IMG/VR virus record: IMGVR_UViG_3300008111_000005
Location: 40,872-104,871 of that record
Length of the DNA: 64,000 nt
Strand: one strand, 5' to 3'
DNA from: a virus
The notes beneath the pieces were generated by a model, which was given only the letters and a program-made list of their open reading frames with translations, searched no databases and was not told the origin of the DNA. The translations under genes were made by a program, and so were the position numbers. Below are positions 1-9,803 of the stretch, in pieces. Every line of letters starts with the position of its first letter. The first letter of the stretch is position 1.

Positions 1-1
1 A

Positions 2-79
2 AATCGTATCCATATCATCCGTCACATTCCAACACTGCATAATTTTCTGTTCCAGTAGAAATCGGTCACGCTTTTCCAT
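2..79 (-). CDS. partial hypothetical phage protein (runs off window start)
   Basis: ATG at 79 with GGAG upstream; reads MEKRDRFLLEQKIMQCWNVTDDMDTI to the window edge. Confidence 0.55.
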   Translation of the reverse strand, partial: MEKRDRFLLEQKIMQCWNVTDDMDTI

Positions 80-326
80 TGTTTTTCTCCTTTGGTAGAT
101 ACACGGTGCCACCACACTCTTCAATAAAAGTAATAAACTCTTCAAGACTTGCTCCTGCAAACAACGCTTTGTCAGGCCACTTCGTCAACCACATAATCTT
201 ATTCCACTGCCACATCTGCCGAATGAAATTGAAACATCCATCGGTATCCTGCCACGGCCAGGTCTTAATCAGTTCCAATGCATGTTCCGTAGGATATCCT
301 TCTTCGTCATCATATTGTATCCGCAA
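66..326 (-). CDS. hypothetical protein
   Basis: 86-aa ORF overlapping both neighbours in the same minus-strand gene run. Confidence 0.6.
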   Translation of the reverse strand: MRIQYDDEEGYPTEHALELIKTWPWQDTDGCFNFIRQMWQWNKIMWLTKWPDKALFAGASLEEFITFIEECGGTVYLPKEKNNGKA

Positions 327-705
327 TTAGTTTTTTAAATTTGGTTGTTGACCAACCGTGGTCACGGTTAATCCAATAGACAGGACAAAATCCCTTACCA
401 GTATAATTCTTGTCTTTATAATCTTCACCAAGAAATCTAATAGAAGGATTGTATAAAATCAATAGCCTCCACAAATCGTGTTCTGTATTATAAGGTACTA
501 TTTCATCAATATATCTAATACCTTGTAATATCTCTGTGCGTTCCTCTACCGATAAAATAGGCTTAATCTTTTCTGGTCGTTCAATAGTAGGGTCTGTATG
601 AAGGAATACCATAAACTTATCACAGTTTGCCTTACACTCCTTGAACATCTTCATATAACCAGGATGTATGATGTCAAAGTTTCCGGCGATTACTCCCAAC
701 CTCAT
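310..705 (-). CDS. cytidylyltransferase (TagD/HxGH superfamily)
   Basis: GNFDIIHPGY (HxGH-like), RFLGEDY, C-terminal HGWSTT; start moved to ATG 705 (ATGA overlap, AGGAG RBS). Confidence 0.8.
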   Translation of the reverse strand: MRLGVIAGNFDIIHPGYMKMFKECKANCDKFMVFLHTDPTIERPEKIKPILSVEERTEILQGIRYIDEIVPYNTEHDLWRLLILYNPSIRFLGEDYKDKNYTGKGFCPVYWINRDHGWSTTKFKKLIADTI

Positions 706-1313
706 AGATACATCTCCTTGACATAATCCCATACGATAATATTCATTGCGGCACTGACGTTGAACGACCTGAGGACTCCGCGTTGCGGAATACTGACTTT
801 ATAAAAATGTTCGTTGTTCACCACTACTTCTGGAAGTCCGTGACTTTCACTTCCGAACACAAACAACGGACGGTCTACTTCCTCTTTGTAGAGTTGCTTA
901 GTCCGATATGAACCAATCTCTCGACCACCGTGTTCACAGAGTATCACACTATTCCATTTCAGCAAATACTCCAATCGTTCGTTGATTTCGGTATCCGCGT
1001 GTATCGGGTCATCAAACGTATACTGGACGATATTAATATATTTCTCAGCCCCTACTGTGGACCGCTTATCGAATTTCTTTCGTCCAAAGATATAGAAGTT
1101 CTCTGCACCCAATAGACACGCAGACCGAATCATCATTCCGATATTGAGTTCACCCGTAATATTGATACATCCCACGGAGAACCTACGTTGTTCACTAAGC
1201 GTTATAGCAACATTCTGTTCATAGGTATTGGTCTTGTATTCATCTCGAACATTAAAGTGATTACTCGCGGTATCTGCGATAATTTTACTATAATTGACCA
1301 TTGGATTATCCAT
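702..1313 (-). CDS. SpoU/TrmH-family RNA methyltransferase
   Basis: SPOUT motifs NIGMMIRSA, FVFGSESHGL, IPQRGVLRSFNVSAA. Confidence 0.85.
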   Translation of the reverse strand: MDNPMVNYSKIIADTASNHFNVRDEYKTNTYEQNVAITLSEQRRFSVGCINITGELNIGMMIRSACLLGAENFYIFGRKKFDKRSTVGAEKYINIVQYTFDDPIHADTEINERLEYLLKWNSVILCEHGGREIGSYRTKQLYKEEVDRPLFVFGSESHGLPEVVVNNEHFYKVSIPQRGVLRSFNVSAAMNIIVWDYVKEMYL

Positions 1314-2214
1314 TCAACACCTTTGCTTTTTTGATTTTGTAAAATGATTCAGAACAATACGTTTCCTTATCGTTATACACACAATACTTACAACTATCTT
1401 TACTTGGTGTCGCGGTAATCAAATCCGTACGATAGTTTCCTTCACCATCAAAACACTCATTCAAGAACTTTTCAATATGTCCCCATGCACGGTTAACCGA
1501 AGGTTTTCCGTTAGACGGTTCGAAGGTGCTCACACGAGGAATGGGATATGGACTGTTCTCACTAATAATACGCTTGAGAATAATAAACTCCGTCCCAATC
1601 ATTTCGAGTGGAGTATTAAACTTTTCAGAGATGAACTTCTTGTACAACAAAATCTGATTCAGTTTAATATGGTCACTCTTCTGTGCCTGCGTCCATCCAG
1701 ACCGTGAGGTTTTCAAATCAATAATTGTAACCTTGCCCGTCTTTTCATTCTTGGTAATGATATCCACATACCCAATAAAGGTCACACCAGGACGAACTTC
1801 CGTTTCAATAGGATATTCAATACCCGCAAGTACGGTGTCTTTTGACGGGAAAATCTTATTACGATGTTGCTGTACATACGACAGAATCTCACACCCTTGA
1901 TTGTAAAACTCCATTAGGGTTTTCTTATCACACAAGAATACTTTATTCCCGTTTGCATCAACCGTAGTGTTTTCTTGGAACAATGTAATGAACTTTGTTT
2001 TGAGGGGTTCACTGAGGTCCACACTCTTTGCAAGATTGTCCTTACCCGCATATACCGTAGTCTCCAACCATTCTTGGATAACTTCGTGCATGGCAGTACC
2101 GAACACGGTGTTAATTGATGCGTCATCAAATCGGACACCATCAACGTACTTCAACTTCCACGAGAGTGGACAGTTTGCCCACAACGAATACTGCGAGTAG
2201 CTAATCTTATTCAT
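1306..2214 (-). CDS. PD-(D/E)XK nuclease (RecB/Cas4-like exonuclease)
   Basis: ISYSQ..C, FGTAMHEVI, GYVD, IIDLKTS, QILLY, C-terminal CKYC..C. Confidence 0.8.
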   Translation of the reverse strand: MNKISYSQYSLWANCPLSWKLKYVDGVRFDDASINTVFGTAMHEVIQEWLETTVYAGKDNLAKSVDLSEPLKTKFITLFQENTTVDANGNKVFLCDKKTLMEFYNQGCEILSYVQQHRNKIFPSKDTVLAGIEYPIETEVRPGVTFIGYVDIITKNEKTGKVTIIDLKTSRSGWTQAQKSDHIKLNQILLYKKFISEKFNTPLEMIGTEFIILKRIISENSPYPIPRVSTFEPSNGKPSVNRAWGHIEKFLNECFDGEGNYRTDLITATPSKDSCKYCVYNDKETYCSESFYKIKKAKVLNG

Positions 2215-2453
2215 TCGATACCATCCAAGAGTTTCTGCATAGTTTTCTGTTCACGTTTATCGTAAGAGTTTACGGGCGTTTTATTGTTTGTGTGGTCTAG
2301 TATAACTTGTACAGCATCCTTCACCACTTGTAAATCATTCACTCGAAATTCAAGTGGTCCATGTCCTTCTAACTCAATAAGGATACTCATTTTACCTGTG
2401 AACTTCAAGTTAAGTTCTTTTTCTGATTTAGTTTTCTTCTTCGGCATCGTCAT
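2211..2453 (-). CDS. hypothetical protein
   Basis: 3' part of ORF 2211..2579; start probably at MTMPKKK because the 5' extension overlaps the upstream gene. Confidence 0.55.
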   Translation of the reverse strand: MTMPKKKTKSEKELNLKFTGKMSILIELEGHGPLEFRVNDLQVVKDAVQVILDHTNNKTPVNSYDKREQKTMQKLLDGIE

Positions 2454-2781
2454 TTCCGTGTGTAAGGTCACCAGGTTTTGCGTGTTCAACACACGATGTA
2501 TAATACCAACCTTTACCTCGTACTTCACCAGGTTTGCCGCAGGTTTCACAAATTTTAACACTTTCATATCCCACTTCACGAATTACTTGATCAAGTTCAT
2601 CATTACCATAATCTGTGTAGATACGAAGTCCTCCAAACTTTTCCTTGACCTGTACAATCTTTACCGTACCTTTAATAGATTCCAGTACATCGTATACACG
2701 ATTAATTAGGCCAGCCCACCCAGCACCAACACTTGCAAGTGCATCTTCTCTGGTATATCCTTTATATTTCACAAATGACAT
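2428..2781 (-). CDS. hypothetical phage protein (QVKEKFGGLR motif, CETCG)
   Basis: GWAGLI, VQVKEKFGGLRIY, ICETCGKPG; ATG 2781 with GAGG RBS, just downstream of a promoter. Confidence 0.75.
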   Translation of the reverse strand: MSFVKYKGYTREDALASVGAGWAGLINRVYDVLESIKGTVKIVQVKEKFGGLRIYTDYGNDELDQVIREVGYESVKICETCGKPGEVRGKGWYYTSCVEHAKPGDLTHGNDDAEEEN

Positions 2782-2808
2782 AGTTTCCTCGTGGGTAGAT
2801 ACATTTAA

Positions 2809-2837
2809 AATATAACAAAAAACCCACTCAAAGTCAA
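2809..2837 (-). promoter_or_regulatory. sigma70-type promoter
   Basis: TTGACT-17 bp-TATATT on the minus strand, upstream of ATG 2781. Confidence 0.7.
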
Positions 2838-2844
2838 GTGGGTT
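2817..2844 (-). terminator. intrinsic terminator overlapping the promoter
   Basis: AACCCACT-loop-AGTGGGTT stem running into a T-tract, immediately after the stop at 2843. Confidence 0.55.
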
Positions 2845-3070
2845 ATGCAATAATATCTATTTTTGAACCTATTGGAAATCTATTATATAACTCCTGTTCC
2901 AGTAATAATATATTATTATCTAAAAATTCTATGCTTGGTGGATTTTCAAAACCTTCGTATATTACGAAATCACCTTTACCAACACTTATGTGAAACATAT
3001 TATTTTCTTGAAGTATAGAATACCAACATCCAGTGTTAGTCGTTCCCTTTTTCTTCCCGTAATGTGTCAT
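2843..3070 (-). CDS. hypothetical protein
   Basis: 75-aa ORF filling the gap in the gene run. Confidence 0.5.
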   Translation of the reverse strand: MTHYGKKKGTTNTGCWYSILQENNMFHISVGKGDFVIYEGFENPPSIEFLDNNILLLEQELYNRFPIGSKIDIIA

Positions 3071-3344
3071 ATAATCCCGTTAATTGTGATTCTTTGCTAA
3101 GTATGGCCAGTTTCCATCTTGCTTGGTCTTGGTTCCAATCACCAGTTAACCCAGGAAATAATTCCCAGAATAATCCAGAGGCAAGTAGTTCTGTGTATTC
3201 TTTATCAACATCATCATAACTTGCTGTGTGTGGGAGTCCACTATACTCACAGATGGGTGTACCGAAGGCACGTTCCCAGTTATTTGCGAATGTTTTTTGA
3301 TCTACACTTAATGGTCTTGGGGAGTCACCTTTTCCATTACTCAT
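3036..3344 (-). CDS. hypothetical phage protein
   Basis: N-terminal GKGDSPRPLSVD..F..NW..AF; overlaps the upstream gene. Confidence 0.65.
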   Translation of the reverse strand: MSNGKGDSPRPLSVDQKTFANNWERAFGTPICEYSGLPHTASYDDVDKEYTELLASGLFWELFPGLTGDWNQDQARWKLAILSKESQLTGLYDTLREEKGND

Positions 3345-3819
3345 AATAAAGTACCTCTACACCTGCTTCACTGAACATAATCATACTTCGTTTAATACTT
3401 TCTTCCCATATTGGGCCCTTTGCTCCATCTTGACTAAAATGCTCAATATAAATTTTCTTAATGCCGGCGTTTATAATTCCACGTGCACAATCTGCACACG
3501 GCATTCCACACGTAAGATACATTGTACAACCTGTTGTAGATACACCAATTCGTGCTGCGTTGTATATCGCATTTCGTTCTGCGTGTTCAAACCAAAAATA
3601 CTTCTCAGGACGTTCTTGCCGTTCAAGAACATCATCGTTAATACCACGAGGAAACGAATTGTATCCAGTAGAAACAATTTCATTATCTTTACCAACAATC
3701 ACCGCACCGATTTGTGTATACTTGTCTTTTGACTTTTGTTTTACATGCCCAGCAATTCCACGAAAATATCTGGCCCAACTCAGGTTAACCATTTTTATAA
3801 TTTCCTCTGTTGTTGTCAT
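3337..3819 (-). CDS. dCMP deaminase
   Basis: TGYNSFPRG, HAERNAI, PCADC zinc motifs. Confidence 0.92.
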   Translation of the reverse strand: MTTTEEIIKMVNLSWARYFRGIAGHVKQKSKDKYTQIGAVIVGKDNEIVSTGYNSFPRGINDDVLERQERPEKYFWFEHAERNAIYNAARIGVSTTGCTMYLTCGMPCADCARGIINAGIKKIYIEHFSQDGAKGPIWEESIKRSMIMFSEAGVEVLYYE

Positions 3820-4295
3820 AGTTTAGCCTTCTTGATTACTTTTTCTTCCGTTCCGTACATTTGACACAACTTTCGTAATTCTTCTTTGTTGTGCTTGTAG
3901 TAGATTTCGAGGTAGTCTGTAGCTTCTGCTGCGCTAATGTCATAATGTTTCCTAACCAAGTCAACCATCCACGACTCATATACCGACTCCTTTTTACTCT
4001 TAATGTACTTATTAAACTGTCGCCCTTTCGGAATAACTCGGCTGAAGAAGGCGTAGTGTATATCATTTGGTAATGTGTATTTCTGCATCTCGTTCACGAA
4101 CGGAGATTGATGCGGATTCATACTCAGAAATTTATTGACCATATACACACTGTATGATTTCTTATCAGCATCGGACAATGTATCAAAATAGTCTGGATTC
4201 TGCCCAACATAAATTTGCTCTATGTGGTCAAACAGTCCCTTCGTTTTCGATTGATTCGTTTCCTTCGTCTGTGCTTGTTTCTTCTTCGGTGGCAT
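3816..4295 (-). CDS. clamp-loader small subunit (T4 gp62-like)
   Basis: YMVNKFLSM..FVNEMQ..IPKGRQFNKYIK pattern; clamp and large loader subunit nearby. Confidence 0.7.
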   Translation of the reverse strand: MPPKKKQAQTKETNQSKTKGLFDHIEQIYVGQNPDYFDTLSDADKKSYSVYMVNKFLSMNPHQSPFVNEMQKYTLPNDIHYAFFSRVIPKGRQFNKYIKSKKESVYESWMVDLVRKHYDISAAEATDYLEIYYKHNKEELRKLCQMYGTEEKVIKKAKL

Positions 4296-4974
4296 TGGTT
4301 AGCTCTCGTTTAATTTCTTCTATTACATCACGAAGTTTGTGGGCTTCAATGAAGGGTGTATAATCAATATACGTTGGATTTGAAATTTTGTCAACATCTT
4401 CTTGTGTAAAATCAATCCCCAAACGTTCATTTAACTCTGGTAGATATTCCGTAGATGGTTTCTGCATCATTTCGTGGTCAACCATACTAACGTGTAATCC
4501 AGACTTTAATAAATGTGGTTTAATTACATCGTAATAATATAGAATAGTTTCCAAAATATACTTTAATAAACTTCTGTCAAGTGGAATATTTTCGGGTGTT
4601 TCCAATTGCTCAGTTAAAAACTCTACCAGTGCTGCGTGTTCACCATTACCATTTTCCTGTGCATACGACAATAGTAACCAACTTGCAGCTTGTTGCGTGA
4701 TATCCAATCTTTCGGCCAAAACAATTCTATCAAATGCATGCCACGGAAATGTCTGGTAATCTAATATATTTTTATAACTTGTCAATGTGGTACTGGTAAT
4801 CTTAACAGAAAAATCATCCGTGTTCGTCATCATGTCTAATTTTTCTTCCACGGATTTTACAATCGGACCTTCGGAAAACAATTCCGAATAATCTGTTAAA
4901 TTAAACTTTGTAGAGAAAAGTGTTCCCAACATACTTGAACACGTACGTGGGGTCGAAACAATAGCTACTCTCAT
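4228..4974 (-). CDS. sulfotransferase-like protein
   Basis: N-terminal IVSTPRTCSSML (5'-PSB-like loop) and LAERLDITQQAASW (3'-PB-like); start at ATGA overlap 4974. Confidence 0.6.
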   Translation of the reverse strand: MRVAIVSTPRTCSSMLGTLFSTKFNLTDYSELFSEGPIVKSVEEKLDMMTNTDDFSVKITSTTLTSYKNILDYQTFPWHAFDRIVLAERLDITQQAASWLLLSYAQENGNGEHAALVEFLTEQLETPENIPLDRSLLKYILETILYYYDVIKPHLLKSGLHVSMVDHEMMQKPSTEYLPELNERLGIDFTQEDVDKISNPTYIDYTPFIEAHKLRDVIEEIKRELTNATEEETSTDEGNESIENEGTV

Positions 4975-5798
4975 ACATTCTCCTTCAATTCTACTTTCTG
5001 AGGTTTCCACCCATTATCTACACCTTGAATAACTTCGATGTTTTCCACAACTCCATCGGTAACAGTGACCTTTTGAATCAACTGTACGTATTCTTTAATA
5101 TCGTTATATGGTATGACTGGAATTTTTAAGTTTTTCATCATACGCTTCTTTTCCTTCTTGTCACAGAGAAAATAAATATACCGATGTTTGGCTGTTTCCT
5201 CTTTTCTCCAAAACGTACGACCAATTCGTTTTGCTAGATTCTCCACGGATTTATTACCAAACTTTGCCCCCACTGTTCGTGAGTGCATCCACAATCCTCC
5301 TTCCTCTAAGAGAAGTGAGAAATCAGGCATCAACTTGGAATATCCACATCCCTGATATATCCAATTCGTTGCTCGGTAAATACCACCCGTGTGTGATTGT
5401 TCTGGGTCTGCGTAACTGACCAATACTTTTACTCGTGAATCATTATCTCTCATCCAGTGGAAGGATTGTGCAATAGAATAACTTTCAATATTCTTTCCAT
5501 ACCCATCAAGAATAACCAATCTGGTGAGTTCTAATACTTCGTCTAGTTCTAATCCGTCTACAATACTATCAACCGTTCTATTACTTACAGGATGCCCATA
5601 AGTCATACAACCAATCAACTGTTCGTTTTCACCGGCAAAGAACATATGTTCAGTTTCCTCACGATAAAAAATCCCTAGGGCATATCGTGTGGAACTGAAC
5701 TTATGTGTGTAATGATGCTTTTCGATAAAATCCCGTGCCACAGCTTTACTAATTTCTCTAACTGAGACACGGGACTTATCAACAAACGTTTGTTCCAT
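4971..5798 (-). CDS. Mom-like GNAT DNA-modification protein
   Basis: FIEKHHY, LELTRL, KNIES, LVSYADPEQSHTGGIYRATNWIYQG. Confidence 0.7.
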   Translation of the reverse strand: MEQTFVDKSRVSVREISKAVARDFIEKHHYTHKFSSTRYALGIFYREETEHMFFAGENEQLIGCMTYGHPVSNRTVDSIVDGLELDEVLELTRLVILDGYGKNIESYSIAQSFHWMRDNDSRVKVLVSYADPEQSHTGGIYRATNWIYQGCGYSKLMPDFSLLLEEGGLWMHSRTVGAKFGNKSVENLAKRIGRTFWRKEETAKHRYIYFLCDKKEKKRMMKNLKIPVIPYNDIKEYVQLIQKVTVTDGVVENIEVIQGVDNGWKPQKVELKENV

Positions 5799-5801
5799 AT
5801 A

Positions 5802-6389
5802 TTACTTGATGTCCTGTACCTTATCACAGATTTTATATTTCAACGCTTCCTGCGGAGCTAACCACACATCCTGCGGTGGAAGAAGTCGTTCACGAACAAC
5901 CTTTTCTGCCAATCCAGTACACTTCTTGTAATGATTAATCATACGAATCGTAGTCAACTCAAACTCACGCATCGTTGCGATGAGTTCGTGCTCCTTACCT
6001 ACCTGTCCCCACGACCACTGATGTGAGAGAATACTCGTATTCGGCGTAATGATACGATGTCCCTTCTCACCAGAAATGAATGTTAACAACCCAGCCGATG
6101 CGATACATCCAAGACCAATCGTACGAACAGGGATTGCACTACCTCGCATTACGTCAATAATAGCGAATGCAGCTGACAAGTCACCACCATAACTGGTAAT
6201 CATCAATGTAAGATGGTCATGCTTCTTACTTTTCTGAATGTTTGAATCTAGTATCCACGTAACGACATCTTTTGCTACATTGGTATTAAACTCATCACAC
6301 AAGTAATAAATTCCAGCATCTCGCATAGTTGTTACTGGTGCTGCTGGTGCCGATACAATTGGTGCTACTGCGTTAGTAGTTTTTGACAT
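5802..6389 (-). CDS. ClpP-like protease
   Basis: ITSYGG, IASAG (catalytic Ser), ILSHQ (catalytic His), DVWLAPQEALKY. Confidence 0.85.
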   Translation of the reverse strand: MSKTTNAVAPIVSAPAAPVTTMRDAGIYYLCDEFNTNVAKDVVTWILDSNIQKSKKHDHLTLMITSYGGDLSAAFAIIDVMRGSAIPVRTIGLGCIASAGLLTFISGEKGHRIITPNTSILSHQWSWGQVGKEHELIATMREFELTTIRMINHYKKCTGLAEKVVRERLLPPQDVWLAPQEALKYKICDKVQDIK

Positions 6390-6390
6390 A

Positions 6391-6708
6391 TTACTTCTCT
6401 AAAATGAGTGAGGGCTTGCTCGGAGCCTTTTCCACTTCGGTTGCTGCTTCCTCTTCCATTCCCTTGGGAATTACAGGAAGAAATGACTTATTAATATGAC
6501 CACATGCATTACACGAAAAGGTAGGAATGGGTACAATTGCTTCCTTACCAGTTGGTGAAATAAGTGCAGACATCCGCTTCATCAACATCACTTGTTCAAA
6601 GGTGTAATTACCACAACGTTCACAGGAAACATCGTCTGCCTTTGACAAATCCACATTCAACTGCGGCTGTTGCGGTGGTGGTCCACCAAATCGGTTATTC
6701 TTTGACAT
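6391..6708 (-). CDS. zinc-ribbon hypothetical protein
   Basis: CERCG ... CNACGH. Confidence 0.7.
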   Translation of the reverse strand: MSKNNRFGGPPPQQPQLNVDLSKADDVSCERCGNYTFEQVMLMKRMSALISPTGKEAIVPIPTFSCNACGHINKSFLPVIPKGMEEEAATEVEKAPSKPSLILEK

Positions 6709-6714
6709 AATTCC

Positions 6715-7629
6715 TCAACCATTTAAAATGTTATACAACGCTGCTACAAAATTAATTTCCTTATCTACTACAAAACTATCACGATACTGTCCCTCTGCGA
6801 TTTCTCGGATAGTATGTGGTACTTTTGCCGGTGCGTAATCAGTTACCTTATCAAAGAGTAATCTATACAGTTCAGCAAAATCCTTTACATTACTATCTGC
6901 CACAATCTGTCTTATTTCATTAACCTTATCTTTCAATGGAAGATTACTCATCAAGACATCTAACACCTTCAACTTGTAATCCCCAGCGATTACTTCCTCA
7001 ACGTTGAGTTCCAGTCTACCGCCACTTGTTTGATTTTGCGAAGTATTAATAATCCGGCGAATGTCTGGGTAATATGCGTTAACCAGGGTTGCGATAACAG
7101 ACTTATCAAATCCAACATGTTCCTTCTCCAAAATTTTCATTAAGTGAACTGCCACCTCTTTTTTAGATGGTGGGGTCAACTTGAATACTTGTGCTCTACT
7201 AATCAGAGGATCAATAATACGTTCCACATAATTACAGGTCAAGATGAAACGAGTATTCTTACTGAACACTTCCATCAAGTTACGAAGTGCTGCCTGTGCC
7301 TGTGGGGTAATGTAATCCGCCTCGTCGAGTACGATAATCTTCAAGGGTTTAAAACTCATTGTTGCTGCGAAGTTCTTAATCTTAGTACGAATCGTATCTA
7401 CGGAGTTTTCATCCGATGCATTGATAAACAAGTAATCACAATCAATATTCTTGACCAGAATCTTTGCTGCGGTAGTCTTACCAGTACCAGCTGTACCGCA
7501 GAAGAGTAGATGCGGTACATCTTGCTCTGCGATAAATTGAGTTAATTTGTTCTTTACGTGTTCGTTACCAATGTAATTCTCCAACGTATCAGGCCGGTAG
7601 CGTTCTGCCCAGATTGTATTATCAATCAT
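6715..7629 (-). CDS. clamp-loader large subunit (gp44/RFC-like AAA+)
   Basis: WAERYRP, Walker A GTAGTGKT, INASD, LDEAD, AQAALR. Confidence 0.92.
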   Translation of the reverse strand: MIDNTIWAERYRPDTLENYIGNEHVKNKLTQFIAEQDVPHLLFCGTAGTGKTTAAKILVKNIDCDYLFINASDENSVDTIRTKIKNFAATMSFKPLKIIVLDEADYITPQAQAALRNLMEVFSKNTRFILTCNYVERIIDPLISRAQVFKLTPPSKKEVAVHLMKILEKEHVGFDKSVIATLVNAYYPDIRRIINTSQNQTSGGRLELNVEEVIAGDYKLKVLDVLMSNLPLKDKVNEIRQIVADSNVKDFAELYRLLFDKVTDYAPAKVPHTIREIAEGQYRDSFVVDKEINFVAALYNILNG

Positions 7630-9065
7630 TATCTTCCAACCTCATTCAAGTAAGTGTTCTTGGTTTCATCCCAAGTCATCTGAACCATTTTACGATAATA
7701 TAATGTTTCACCATTTAAACGGTTATTATCAAATAGATTCAAATATCTTTTGATTGCTTTATCTCTCCACCATAACATAACACTCTCAACATCATTTGTC
7801 AACTTCTGTGATAATATTAGTTTATCTTCGTTGATTTCTCCACGAAGAAATTCACGAGTATTTTCATAGACAGGTGCGAAGTATACACCACGTTGAAAAC
7901 CATGCTCATAATCACTTGCTTTAATACCTAATATCTTAAACAACAATAACATCGTCTGTTGCTTTGGTCCCGTTGGTGGGAATTTGTGTCGTGATTTTTT
8001 ATCGTATACTTCACCAGATGTATGAACAGAATAATTGTCTGCTTCTAATTTAGCAATCAATTCTTCTTTGGTGGTTGCAGTGATACGGATAAACTCGTCC
8101 GCACATACCCATTCTTCACCTTCTTGTGTAATATCTGCGACATACGGAATTGTTGCTTTATCAAATCCTTCCGAATGATTAACTTTTAGATAGTTTGCCC
8201 ACTCTTGGAAAATATCATCGTCTGGTTTCAATGCAATCTTACCGGCGGTAACTCCTAATTCTTTCCAGAATGGAATTCGTTGGTACATACTGTGTGAACC
8301 ATACAACGATGTGGTGGTTAATCCCACAAGGATGTTTCCAAATTTAGAATTCCAGTAATCACGGACAGACTTCGTTGCCAACAACGATGCAACCAATTTA
8401 CCACCAAGGAAATTATACCCAAACGGTTGTGTTGGTACGATGGTGGTTCCGATTGATGTTGAGTTGAGTAATCCATCTTCAAATTTATTCTCCTTAGTCC
8501 ATCCAATCCATTTATCACGAACACCAACAGAGGCAACATCAGAACCCAATGCACAAACGCCAAGGTACTTACCAGAGTTCTTGTCACGAATAAGAATACG
8601 AACAAGACGACCTGGATTTGCCGTAAACTCAAACGTAGAACACATAACACGAAGATATTTCCAATCACTAAATAACGAAGTATTATCGGGTTCAACAATA
8701 ACAACTTCTGGATCTAATTTATTGATTTCTTCAACAGTTAAATCTTTGTTGAGAATATCTGTTGGCCGCCATATTTTGGCTTCAACAATTTGTGCAAGCT
8801 GAATATCTTTTGTATTATTAAAATCCGTTGTTAGTTCTTTCCACTTCTTATACAACGTATTTTCTTGCACCGATTGATTTTTCAACATACCCATATGTTG
8901 AACAAACTTATTTTTTTCTACATCAAAATCAAACGATGTACCTTCACCACTGAAAAAATCAGTGGCACTGGTGTTCAAGACAACACCACCCTTCGGCGGT
9001 TTCTTCGCAGAAGGGGGTGTATACTGTGCTTGCTTTGGAGTATCGTTGAACTCAAAGAATGACAT
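7629..9065 (-). CDS. DUF4338/DruA-like protein
   Basis: PGR, YNFLGGKLVASL, LVGLTTTSLYG.HSMYQR, HGFQRGVY, as recalled for the DUF4338/DruA family. Confidence 0.6.
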   Translation of the reverse strand: MSFFEFNDTPKQAQYTPPSAKKPPKGGVVLNTSATDFFSGEGTSFDFDVEKNKFVQHMGMLKNQSVQENTLYKKWKELTTDFNNTKDIQLAQIVEAKIWRPTDILNKDLTVEEINKLDPEVVIVEPDNTSLFSDWKYLRVMCSTFEFTANPGRLVRILIRDKNSGKYLGVCALGSDVASVGVRDKWIGWTKENKFEDGLLNSTSIGTTIVPTQPFGYNFLGGKLVASLLATKSVRDYWNSKFGNILVGLTTTSLYGSHSMYQRIPFWKELGVTAGKIALKPDDDIFQEWANYLKVNHSEGFDKATIPYVADITQEGEEWVCADEFIRITATTKEELIAKLEADNYSVHTSGEVYDKKSRHKFPPTGPKQQTMLLLFKILGIKASDYEHGFQRGVYFAPVYENTREFLRGEINEDKLILSQKLTNDVESVMLWWRDKAIKRYLNLFDNNRLNGETLYYRKMVQMTWDETKNTYLNEVGR

Positions 9066-9784
9066 TAGGAAGCTGTCTGAATCTGAACGAGGTAGTAGTC
9101 GGTGTTGTAATCAGTGACACCAAACTTGACATATGCCAATCCCTTACTACTAACCTTCAAGACACCACTAGCTGCTTCCTTATTGGCAGCGATGATTTCC
9201 TTGAAGTATCGTGCAGAGAAATTGATGGGAGTAATCTTTGCATTCTTTGTAGTTTCTACATCAAGAGTGATACGATTGGTATTCATATCAGAATATCCAA
9301 GAACAATCTGTGCAGAATCACCATCACTAAGGACGGTAAAAGTTTCTACATCGGACAATGCACCACGAGCCTTCAAGAAGGTATTCATCACCTTCTGGTC
9401 CAGCTTGATTTCAATATCAAATGCGGGGAGTTGCTTCAAATCAGGCGCAGCGGGGATAACTGCGGAATCCGCCAATACGTAATCAACCTTTGCGTTACTA
9501 TCGGTGAGGTGGATAGCAGAAACTCTATCACCGACCTTCTTAGTGGTAATCGTAACAGCTTCACCAAGAACTGATAGCATTGATGACAACTGCTTAGTAT
9601 CAAAGATACCATAGTCACCTTCGTCCAGCTTGGCGTCCTTAACCGTGACGATACCAAGTACATTCTTGTCGTCGGAAATACACTTTACGGTGATATCATT
9701 ACCGTCCGACTTCCACAACACACTTTCACAAGAACCACCAAGAGAATACTTACTAATGAACTTTTCTAACTTTGTCTTTTCCAT
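9065..9784 (-). CDS. sliding clamp (T4 gp45-like)
   Basis: about 239 aa, GIFDTKQL, clamp-loader context; ATG 9784 with GAGG RBS. Confidence 0.7.
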   Translation of the reverse strand: MEKTKLEKFISKYSLGGSCESVLWKSDGNDITVKCISDDKNVLGIVTVKDAKLDEGDYGIFDTKQLSSMLSVLGEAVTITTKKVGDRVSAIHLTDSNAKVDYVLADSAVIPAAPDLKQLPAFDIEIKLDQKVMNTFLKARGALSDVETFTVLSDGDSAQIVLGYSDMNTNRITLDVETTKNAKITPINFSARYFKEIIAANKEAASGVLKVSSKGLAYVKFGVTDYNTDYYLVQIQTAS

Positions 9785-9803
9785 AACCGTTAACCTCTGT
9801 TGT

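Noticed and set aside
1306-2214. Cas4 as evidence of CRISPR-Cas
   Set aside because: Stand-alone PD-(D/E)XK nucleases are common in phages; no array or cas1/cas2
7629-9065. Complete Druantia defence system
   Set aside because: No other Dru genes; the gene is embedded in the phage replication operon
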